Part shown: piece after piece, positions 49,101 to 59,756 of the stretch
Layout: every line of letters begins with the position of its first letter
How positions within the stretch are numbered: the first letter of the stretch is position 1
Assembly: GCA_029953675.1 (NCBI GenBank)
Contig: JAMWBK010000001.1
Coordinates: forward strand, 2,728,001-2,792,000
Source: Rhodosorus marinus CCMP1338
Taxonomy: Eukaryota > Plantae > Rhodophyta
DNA: 64,000 nt
Direction: 5' to 3'
Position numbers and translations under genes: made by a program
The notes under the pieces: generated by a model
The model's input: the letters and a program-made list of their open reading frames with translations, nothing else
What the model was told of the DNA's origin: nothing
Databases searched by the model: none

Positions 49101-50938
49101 TCGAACAGAGGTTCTGGTGTGTTTCGGCTTATCTCAACTAAACTTATTAACGTCTTTGTAGAATCCAGGTGATTCTGATTTCATACCTGTCAAGCCACGG
49201 GCTCAAGATGAGCTTTCAGGTGCTGGAAGGTGGGTCTCAGGCAATATCCAAGAGAGCCGACAAAATGTTCGACAGATCGCAAGACTGTTTACGCGAGGTC
49301 GAAGAGGTTTCCGTTGGGAGCACTCCATGCGAGTTGCAGGCTAATGCAATGCTAGTTGGACATGCTACCATCTCAAGGAGATACTTCATATTCGCTTCCA
49401 CACTCGCCCTAGAAGCCGCCAGCGAACTTATAGGGCATCACCGTCCGACGAACAAGGCTCAAGACCTTCGTTTGAGTCCACGCAAGACAAAAACAAGTCG
49501 GTTGCTACCTAATCCTTTCAAACTATGTCTTGCAGTGTTCTGCTATGAGTTTCCATAATCCTCACGCCCCCAGGCGTGAGCTTCGTCCTCCACCAAGCTC
49601 ACCTTTCACCCTCACAGCAAGTGCGAGAAAAAAAAAAGAGGAGTAAACCACAATAATTCGCAAATATTAGATCAATAAATTGCTCTTAGAATCTCCCAGT
49701 TGGATAAATATATATCCTATTTTTTAATAATATCCAACATATGGTCAAAATCATTAACTTTGGTGTTTTTGCATCGATTACTGGGGAGCCCATTTCTGTT
49801 ATACGAGTCTTCTTCATGCCCAAAAACATTTGCATTATAATAAATGCGAAATTGTATCATGATATATTTTAAACGCGAAGGTAATACTTGTAATACTCGT
49901 TCCCAAAAAGAATAGAATAACGAAATAAATCCTAACAATTTTCCAATTGTTTTAAATAATCGAGAAAATAAAATAGAATAGAGTTAAACCGTTTCTAATT
50001 TATAAGTCATGGTTGATGAATAGTTGTTTAAAATAGTCGATGCTCTTGTTTTGCAGGAAAATGGAAATATGAAGAGCCTATTTTTAGTTGCCATCCAATT
50101 TGGTATTTTGGGTTGTGAGCGCTTCAACCTGCTTATCGATCTACGAGCGGACGCAATGGGGGATGGTTGAGGAGGTTCTCAGAGAGTAACACGGTCTTTT
50201 AGTATTTCTCAGCGGCTGTGTACAGTGCTGTTTGTTTGTTTCCTGTGATCTGGTGAAGTAGTCCTGTTCGTGGATTGTGATTTATTATTAATAAACGTAA
50301 TCATATATATATTATTACGATTATTCGTATTGAGCGAACGCGCTACGGTTTCCTTTGCGGGAACCGCTGAAGCTGAGGAAAGGGAATTTCCTTCCCTGAC
50401 AGATGGTCCTCGGAATTCGCACGCAAAAACTATCAGAACAGAGACTAAAGTCTCTCTTGATCTTTGGCCCCCCATCATGAACGCGGGAATCGAAACCGCT
50501 TTGCAACCGTACGTATTTCAGCATCCACAGACCCGCGTCCTCTTCACTTTCTCGCTCGAATAGCCTCAGGTTTTCTAGTCCGGATTCATCATTCCCCTTG
50601 CACACATTTTCATTGGAACTTGAGGTTACCGAAATAAAACCAGGTTTGAGGAATGTCGTCGCGATGCCTCACCCGAGCGGTCGCCTCCTCAACCTTCCCT
50701 ACCACCGTCACAGACTGGCGCCGCGGTAAGCTGCTATTCTTAGACGCTCAGGCGTCCTTGAGCGTCAAGTCAGAAGGCCCAAGAGCAGTAGGTACCATTA
50801 ACACGACGTGAATTCACACTTTGGTCAAGGTCAACATTCTATTTTTGTACAAGCCTCCCAACATCTTCCTCAAGAACATCTGTCCCACTCCCGACCCTCG
50901 CCTATATAACCAGCTCAACCTCGAGGGCATTCAGCACT

Positions 50939-51604
50939 ATGAGCATTACGTCGACCGGTGACAGCACAGGAGAAAAGCGGACGAGCACTATGGCTGCTAT
51001 GGACTATCTGGATGAGCTTACAAGCATTCTCAGCTCGGGAAGCGTTCGGGAGGGAGGCGTAAAGGCATCCAACTGCGAAACACCCACGAACGATGGATTG
51101 GACCAAAAAACGAGATTCGAGCTCGAGCTGCTTGAATTCGAGTCCATGCTGATGGATCTGACATGCTTTCCAGACGATGGTCTTCCACGAAAACAGAGTT
51201 CCATTGCGCCTTCCGTGCTTCCGAAACCGATCGCTCAGAGTGCCGAGAATAGAACTGCAAGTAAGAAACCGGATCCCTTACAGTCCGTGGAGAAGGCGGG
51301 CTTTCAACTGCCAAGCAGGAGCGTCAAGCCAGCGCAGTTCTGTCATTTGTGTTGGAGGTCAGCGCAACGCGTCAACGTGGTGGTCTGCAGTAATATTCTC
51401 TTCTCCAGCTGCCGAAAGATCGTCTGTGAGAAGTGCTTCGAGAAGTTCGGATGGGACTGGAGCTCTGCTGCGACCGAGAGGGAACACTGGATCTGTACCC
51501 ATTGCCGGGGAAGTTGCCCAGGCAAAGCTCAGTGCTACGTCTACGGAAGAACTAACGAGAAACGGAGAAGAATGAGAGCCGCTCTCAAAGGATATCCGTT
51601 ATGA
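50939..51604 (+). CDS. Cys-rich zinc-finger protein (4xCXXC, zf-4CXXC_R1-like), intronless
   Basis: FCHLCWR...VVCSN..SCRKIVCEKCFEKFGWDW...WICTHCRGSCPGKAQC followed by the basic RTNEKRRR. Confidence 0.75.
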   Translation: MSITSTGDSTGEKRTSTMAAMDYLDELTSILSSGSVREGGVKASNCETPTNDGLDQKTRFELELLEFESMLMDLTCFPDDGLPRKQSSIAPSVLPKPIAQSAENRTASKKPDPLQSVEKAGFQLPSRSVKPAQFCHLCWRSAQRVNVVVCSNILFSSCRKIVCEKCFEKFGWDWSSAATEREHWICTHCRGSCPGKAQCYVYGRTNEKRRRMRAALKGYPL

Positions 51605-51776
51605 AACTTCTGGTTCTAAGAGCAGAAGCATCGGCATCAATGCCTTGTACAAAGTCTCCTTATAAAAACGAAAGCCATAAAAAGAAAACCACTCAAGCGC
51701 CGATAGTCGGTCACCCTACGCGACCGTAGCTGCTCCACACTGCCGTCCACAAGCTCCTACTTCACATCAGGCTCAC

Positions 51777-54700
51777 TCAGCTGAACAGCAGCTTGATCTC
51801 CTCAAGCCTCGCCTCTCGCGCCTCGGCTGGAGTCTGCTCCACAACGCCGTCCACTAGCTCCTGTTTCATCCTTTGTACGTCCAGCAGCCTCTCTTCCACA
51901 CTATCCTTCACTATGTATCTCTTCACGTAGACTTTCTTGTCCTGCCCAATTCGATGTACTCGACCTGAAGACACGCAACCGCTTGTTAGCCGATGATTAC
52001 CGCCGCAGTTCCAGCCCGTTCCAAGCCCATCTTACCTATGGCCTGTTCCTCTACGGCAGGGTTCCACCACGGATCCAGGATGATGACATGATTTGCCATT
52101 GTCAAGTTCAATCCGACGCCTCCTGCCTTTGTTGAGACGAGCAACACGTTGGAGTCGCCGGAGTTCAAAGCAAACTCTTTGAGGATTATAGGCCGCTTTT
52201 GAGGAGGAACAGCTCCGTCGAGTCTGAGGAAGGATATGCCCTCTTCAGTCAGCGGTACCTCGAGAAGGTCCAGCATCGAAGTCCATTGCGAAAAAACGAC
52301 AGCCTTGTCGCCCGATGAGTTTTCTCGGATGCTCTTCAAGTCAGCGAGTAGCCTGGAGACCTGGTTTCCCAGAAAGGTGCTCAAAGGTTAGCCAAAGAGT
52401 TGGGGGTAGAAGATTGGGGGGAGATATAATACCTTACTGCTCGGCTGCCACTTCTCCTTGATATCGATTGAGAACCTACTTGATCGGGGAGCCGTGAGGA
52501 CCTGCTGCTGCTGAATCGGGGCTCGACAGACGGGACAAAAGGCTGTGTCGCTCGAGCCGAAGCAGTGACTTAAGCAGTCCCGGCAGGCCCCATGACCGCA
52601 CGTAGCGATTACAGCATCCTCCATCATGTCCAGGCAGATGGGACACTCCTCGTTTTCCATCCGCTTACCGTCCTTGAACTCCTTGACCATGTTCTCCTTG
52701 TAGGCGCTCGGCTGGCTACCGTCAACTTGGTTAGGTCGGCCGTCCTCTACGCCCCCAACGCCACGTGCTGAAGCCGACGAATCCACAAATCGCTTCGCGA
52801 ACCTCGACAGGTTCTTCATCATATCCACGTCGCTGCTCGGCGCGCTCAGAAACAGGAAAGGGTGGTCGCAGCATTGCCTCAGCCTCAGAAGAAGAGTCAG
52901 AACGCTGACCATATTGGATAGCACTTTTCCCTGAAAAGCGGACAATTGAAGGAACACCTTGAGCTCAACCAACACGTGCAGAGCAGAAGATGGACAGGCA
53001 TCCATACCTGAGCGACATAAGTATCAAAGCTGGTTCGGGAACGGCTGTAGAGTGCGTTGTAAAAGTCCCTTTCGGCGGGCTCCTGAACGATGCTGCAGAT
53101 TTCGGTAATCCTCTCTGGAAGTTCCAAGAGCCTTCTTCCATCCGGCGTTCGATCGTGTTTGGTTCGACGGAGCATCAGCGGCTGGTTTGAAGAAGAAACA
53201 AAGTAAGCAATAGCAGTAAGAGCGCGCATCACCCCAGAGGAGATGGACTAAGCGACCGAGAGGTGAATGGCCTTTCCTACCGCGAGTACGTGTCGAATGA
53301 TTACTCGCGCATTCTGTATTTCCTCTGGAGAACCGCTGTTATGCTTGGACATGACTTCCCTATGCCAAAACCTCTGGTTACCCCAGGGCGATGACTTCAT
53401 GAAGCGGAGGAGGCTGTAAAGATCGTTCGGCTGGTTCTGGACGGGAGTCCCCGTTAGGCACCAGTACGACCTCGCCTCCAGCTCAAAGGCTGCGCGAGCC
53501 GTCTTTGTTTTGCCCGATTTGATGCAATGGGCTTCGTCAAGGATCACCCTATGCCATTTTGTCCTAGTCATCGAGGTATCGGGTTCAAATATTCAGGGTC
53601 CCCGGGCGTTCCCAGCACCTGCCGAGAGGAGAATGCTTCTGTGGGACTCACCTGGTCAAGAACTTGTGACCTGTGGAATCACTTGCAAGGATTCCATAGG
53701 TTGTGACAACAACATCTGATTCTTCGAGGGTGAGCACTTCAGCATTCTGACTCAGCCGCTTCACTCCATAGAATTGAGCTACTCGAAGTCCGTCAGAGTG
53801 AGTAGCTATCTCCTCCTGCCACTGGGACAAGATTGTGGTGGGACACACCACCAGCGTGCCTCCACGTTTCATCCCGGCTGCTTGCTCAGATTCCGAAGGA
53901 GGCGGAGGAGGATTGGCGAGGATAACTCCAATGGCCTGGACAGTCTTGCCCAAGCCCATCTCGTCAGCGAGAATGCCACCCTTGCAAGACTCGCCGGATA
54001 TTTTCGGCCGGGTTAGGGACACCGAAAGCGTCGACGGATTGAAGTAGAAAAGCGTCTCGAGGCTTGTCACCTCCTTCCAGAGCGGGTTGTAGGTATCAAC
54101 ATTGGTGTCACCCAGCCCAGCCTCCCGAAGAATCATCCAGCTCACCCCGTGCTTCTGGTACTCACGCAGCGAGCAGTTCAGCCCGGGGATCGAATCCGCT
54201 AGTTTCTTCTGCGCATCGGTAAGCTTGATCGCTTCTTCCATATAGAACCTATACAGGCAACGTGGAGGAACTCTGCTCAGTCCATGCACAGCGGACAGGG
54301 GAAAAACTTCCGCTGGCTCGACGAGAAAAACGTACCCAACTTTTATCCCTTGTTTTAGCTCAGGGTGCTTAATCCAGTCCAGACTCCTCGCGAGATTCAG
54401 GAACGAAGCCTGCAGCAGTGACCTGTCGTGCTCTTCCGCATCGGTTCTCAGTGGCTGATCACCGAAAAGTTCCGTTTTCGCCCAGACCTTGACGTATACT
54501 ATGATCGACGAGTTGAGACGTAATCTCGGGCCAGGATCCTCCAGAACGAAGCCTTCAGCTAGGATGTAGTTGTGATACAGCAACGGACTCAAGTGCGAAG
54601 CCTGGTCCAAAGGAATTCTACCCACGTCCCTCCCACGAATTCGGAGTCGGACCCTACTGGGTGTCATATGGTTCACTGTATCCGATCTCAGCACGACATG

Positions 54701-55365
54701 ATCGCCCTGCGCGGCGAGATTCCCTCCCGTTGAGGTAGAAAACCCCTCAAAAAGATGGCTCGCGATTGGCTTATAGCCCTTACGTTCGAGTTGGTCGAGT
54801 TGAGATGTCTAGTTCACGAGTTGGAAGGAGCGTACGCGGTCAGCGGTCAGTTGGTGATGGTTTTGGAGAGGCTGCTCGACCTCACATTATCAGGGCTTTT
54901 TTCTCGTTTGCTCGGAGCCTCACCCGATGCAACACGCGGTGACTTTGTCGTCTGCTCCGTGCCAGCAGGGTGAGCAAGGCTTCGTTTCTCTCCAACTTCT
55001 TCCGGATCCGTCAGGCGTGGAGACGGATGGAGTGCGTCATTTGTGCAAAATACCTGCTCTTCCTTCTCAGCGGAGCGACCTTCTGGGTTTGTCATGTTTC
55101 CACCGAGCTTTTCGGGTTTCACGTCTGTGCCAGAAGGTCTATTGTCGCCGGAAAATTCCTGCTCCTGTGTCGTCGAAGCCTCGGTCTCATCGTCAAGTTC
55201 ATTTGCCAATTCCGCCTGTACTCCAAATGCAGCAGCCAATTCATCCTTTGAGGGACCAGCAACGCCGAATTCGTCGTGGTACTCGCTTCCGAGCTCCCGC
55301 TCTGGCTTCGGCTTTTCCGGCGCATAAACTCGTCGCTTACTATCCGTCGCTACGTCTGACAACAT
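51777..55365 (-). CDS. RAD5: RAD5/HLTF-like protein (HIRAN, SNF2-N, RING, helicase C), spliced; 5' end uncertain
   Basis: HIRAN VRLRIRGRDVGRIPLDQASHLSPLL; GGILADEMGLGKT; WHRVILDEAHCIK; LLRLRQCCDHP; RING ECPICLD...CGHGACRDC...CPVCR; KAVVFSQW; AGGVGLNLT; RVHRIGQ. Confidence 0.93.
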
Positions 55366-55492
55366 ATCAAACCAAACGTGCAGGAGTCCAGCTGTTGTCG
55401 TCCTATAGCCGAGTCAACCACAGCTATGGGAGCGCATCCTACCAAAACCAGAGCGAGGATCAGTCAGATATACTCCTTACTCGGAGCTCGAA

Positions 55493-55730
55493 ACTCTACT
55501 TGTTCCGTTCTTTCCCCCAGATGAAGAAGACCAGAGCCTGCTTCAGCTTACCAAACCAGGTCTTCAAAGGCACCCGGTGAGCGAGAAGACTCGTAGACCG
55601 AGGATTCCTACGCGGATTCACGAACTCTACTTGTTCCGTTCTTTGTTCCAGATGAAGAAGACCAGAATCTGCTCTAGATAACCAACCAGATCTTCCGTCA
55701 GAAGACACCGGTGAGCAGCAAGCCTGGACC
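55493..55730. repeat. Two-copy tandem duplication, period 131 bp, upstream of the RAD5 long ORF
   Basis: actctacttgttccgttcttt..ccagatgaagaagaccaga...accggtgagc at 55493 and 55624. Confidence 0.9.
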
Positions 55731-55946
55731 CAGAGCGAAGAAGTTTTCCTAGGTGCCCCGCAACAAGGCCCTGACCCGAAGTCGGAGCTCGAGAAAAGCA
55801 AATGGACAGGCACATATTAATGCAACCGCGAAAAATCGTGGACAAATCTTCAAGATCTCCGAATTTCAGTTCCTTTGGGAATCGTTTTTGGAGGGAAATT
55901 AATCTGAAATTAATTATTAAAAAACAGTTATTTGGGGCCAATGGGG

Positions 55947-57826
55947 TTAATTAGAATAACCGAAGAGTGAAATCTCCCGCGTAAATGCGGCTGCCAGGAT
56001 GTTTCGGTTCTCATGGGAGATCGGGAGGATCAAGGATGGGGTCGATGAGAGTTGAGGACGTGCCTGACAGGCTCCGGTGCTGGTACAGTAGAAGCTGAAG
56101 CGGTTCGAGGCTTCTCCAGTACAGACGATGGACCTTCCGCCCCTTAGAAACCGTGGATGGTGGATGGTCGAGCTCCTTGCCTGATGGGTGGGATGCTCGT
56201 TCAGCAAACGCCTTTTTTCCCGATGCTTGAGAGCCTCCCTTGCTCACCTTGAAGGTATGTCCCTCGAACGACAGATTGTAGCTCTTCGGGTACCTGACGT
56301 CCCAGAGGTGGACAGATGGATCAAATCCCGAGGAAACGAGGTAGTTGCAGTCCGTTGGACTCCAGTCGATCGAGTTGACGGCGCCGTCTTGTGCGGACTC
56401 GATGGTGATGGCCTTGAGCGCCCTCATTCTCATATCGGACAGAATAATGCGTCCGTCGTTCCCAGCGCTCGCGAATTCGTCTGGATTCCTCCATCTCACG
56501 CACTTGACAACTCCGTAATGATGGTCGTCAAAACTCGAAATGCTGGTCATACCGGTCGGTTCGATTCTCCCCAGGCCGATTGTACAGTCCTTTGAGCCTG
56601 TTAGTATTCTACGATTCGAGACATCAAAGCTGAAGATCCCTCGGGTGTGCATGTCCACGCACGTGAAGAGACATTCAGGCGTCTTCCTCTCGACATCGAG
56701 GGAAGCAACATTCCACAAGCTTATCGATCCGTCGTTTGACGCCGTCAGCAGAGCGACCTGAAGTCGGGCAGAGGACGAGAGCGGGGGTGCTCAGAAGAAT
56801 GCTCCCAACCAGGGCTGCTCAAACTGCTGTGTTGGTGTTCCTACCTTGACACAGTCATCGAGCTCAACGAGCTTGACCTCGGAGATCCATCCAGCGTGAA
56901 GTTTTGAGCTTATGAAGGAAGTATCCTCTTCTTCGGATGTTTCGGTTTGGTCCAGTCGGAACACGCTGACGTAGCCGTTCTTTCCTCCGGCTGCGATAAT
57001 GTTTCCGCAAGTGGACATCGAGTATGCCTTTTGGAGGCCGGTATCTCGGAGGTTTATTTGCAGAGGATCGATCGAAACCGACTCATTTCCTGAGCTGAAT
57101 GAGCCTGCTGTGTGGGTTAGACCGGCAGTCGCATTGAAAACGACTACTGTTTGTCGTTGGATTGTTACCTTCCGCCAATTTTTCAACCCAAGCATCCGCG
57201 TCGCACAAGCCTCCCACACATGCGAACACGCGCGGCTCCTCAGGAGGCAATGCAATCTCAAGAGAAGTACTCAGTGTTGTCCCCGTCGTGCCTTGCAGGC
57301 GGGCGGACCTCCTCTTTGGGGTGGAGGCCGAAGGCTGCGTGGCAGCAACCTTGCGAGCCAACCTCTTCGGTTTCTTCTCCTTCATCTCCTTTGCTGACTG
57401 TAAAGGTTTGATCCCGAGGCTGAGAAGCTTTAACGAGTTCTTTTGGATCCTATTCTGTCTCTCTATCTCATAGGCTGCAGCATCCACTTCCACGTCATCC
57501 TTTCCCGCCTCATCCGAAGCAACCAAATCGCCACCATCCGTCAAAGACGCAGTACTTCTAGTTCCATGATCTCGTGCGGTCTGAGAACCACTTCCTGGAA
57601 CTTCCTCCGCTCTCCACCGAGCATCCTCATCTGTCAACGGCCATGCTTCGGATGTTGAAGCTGAATTTTCATTCGGAAGTTCGGAAGGTTTTCCCAAACC
57701 CGTATTGGCAGATACTTCACCCCTCGAATGACACCATGCTACTGCACTTGCATCTTCTCCAGACCCATCCAGTTTACTGCCTGAGAACCAGTAATCTATT
57801 GTCCTTTGGCGAACCCCGCCCGCCAT
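55947..57826 (-). CDS. WD40-repeat protein, CMR1/WDR76-like, spliced
   Basis: N-terminal YEIERQNRIQKNSLKLLSLGI motif and RRSARL, then WD repeats (LTGSKDCTI, ASAGNDGRI, VNSIDWSP...LVSSGFDPSVHLWDVR). WD40 is secure; the CMR1 assignment is less so. Confidence 0.7.
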
Positions 57827-58959
57827 CGCCGCCGGTCCCTTCCCGCCAGGCACACCGCAAGCTTTCCAGACCCACAAAAAAAAAAATACCTGCCCAAATC
57901 AAAACAAAACGGATCGTTTTGGAAGCTAACCAATAAAAATTTATCCACACATTAGGCAATTCTCCTGCCCTCCCTCACTCTCCCCATACACACACCACCC
58001 CGAAACCCACAGTCCCCCTTAAGGAACAGAACAACAATCACATCCAAATCCCCGCCAACACCAATGCTAATCCAAGCTCATATAAATGTCACCCACATCT
58101 CCATCTCAAACCAATTATTGACTGATTATATACTGTTTTCATTAATTTAATGGGATCTATCAATCAATAATATACTCCGTTGAAGGTGACGCTTTTGAAG
58201 AAGGCTCGAAAACGAATCCAAAATTTAGGGCGTAGTTGATTGGACTTACGATATAATGACTGAAGTGGACCAATGGATGGGTGCGGGTGCCGGGACCAGC
58301 GGCTTGTAGCAGAAATCAGGTTCTTTAATCTGACTAATGGAGGCAAAGACAGCGAGATTGATCCTCGATAAGACTGCTACTGAACTGATGAGATGGGCAG
58401 TTTGCTTTGTGGGATGACTCTGTTCGTAAGTGCAACTGATGGGGATGGCATGGACAATGAATGAACGTCTCGACGAGGATTGCCCCAACACATATTTCAG
58501 GATATGAGCACCAATACGATCCGTAGTCCTGTAAAAAAAAAGACCTAGGTTAGACATACCTTAGATTCAAGTGACCAGAGAAGGGGTTTTGTGTATTCCA
58601 TGCCTATCGGCACACGCACGTATGCGGAGGAAAACATGTCGCACCTTACAAACGCTCCATGCGAAAATGTCAAAGGGCATCCAGCATCTCCCTGATACAT
58701 AACTACAAATCAAGCTTGCTCTCTGCCGACACTGTAGGCTGGATTATCACATACGTGGGGTGGTCTACCCACTTGAGAGCACGATTGACGGAGAGGCCGA
58801 TGTCACACCACGCTCTCGGAGCTGGAAGGCTTGCACTGCGGGATACGTCACCACAAGGGAAGGGCATCACAGAAAGTGAGGCTGAAGCTGTTGAGCACCA
58901 GATACGACGGCCATGTCGCTAAGGGGGACTTGATTTTGCCAGCGGGACTGGCAGTCAAC

Positions 58960-59440
58960 CAGTGTCTTTCCACGCAGGGTGGAAACAAGAGCATTTGATC
59001 GCATATTACCACTTTGCAAATACATAATCTCAGAGAATGTGCTACAGCCGCGCAACTACGGAATCCAGATTTTGAGAAGGCGTTTATTGTGAGTATAGAC
59101 GATAATAACAAGGGATTGGGAGGTGTTCTCCTCCAGAAGTTCGAAGACGGGGAGCATCTAATTTCCCAGTACTCAAAGAAACTCTCCACAGCTGAATAAG
59201 GATTCAGCCTGTGAACAAGAACTATACACGGATTGTGATCCGTTCGGATCACAAGCTGATGGCCCTCCAAGAATTTATGCCAAGATTAGACAAGTGAATG
59301 TATCAGAATACTACTCTGAGAGCACTAATCTGCTGAAGGCGCAAAACATGCGGCGTTCATTTCACCATACCCGGAGCCTAGAGCTGTGTACAGACTGGAA
59401 AGTGCAGCCTGGAACTCACGGATGCAGTCTTTGAGCAAAG
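58960..59440 (+). mobile_element. Degenerate Ty3/gypsy pol relic (RT connection + RNase H)
   Basis: LRNPDFEKAFIVSIDDNNKGLGGVLLQ...EHLISQYSKKLSTAE, SACEQELY, and a VIR(S/T)DH motif, with stops and frameshifts. No LTRs identified. Confidence 0.85.
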
Positions 59441-59633
59441 CAGCTTCTTTTCCATCGAGAAGTCGGTGTAGCACCCAAATTGCTAGTGCCTATAGTTCTT
59501 TGCTTGTAGGGTATTCATAACGTTTTCAGCTGCCGAGAATTTATTGAAAAGCTTGTGTAAGAGTCCGACTCGGCCCAGCTTGATAGTTGGTTACAGATTT
59601 CGGGGTGTATCCCGCTTCTATTGGTGTTCAGCG

Positions 59634-59756
59634 TAGGGTTGTGCCATGCGGGTCGGGTTTTTCGCTGTAAATCCCTCTAAACCCCCCTGTTTTCGCCGGT
59701 TTAACCACTTCTGGGTCGTAAACAGCGAAAAACCCGACCCACTGGGCACAACCCTA
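59634..59756. mobile_element. 123-bp MITE with 35-bp TIRs and a 7-bp flanking direct repeat
   Basis: Left tagggttgtgccatgcgggtcgggtttttcgctgt; right acagcgaaaaacccgacccactgggcacaacccta (3 mismatches). ttcagcg lies on both sides (59627-59633 and 59757-59763). Confidence 0.92.
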
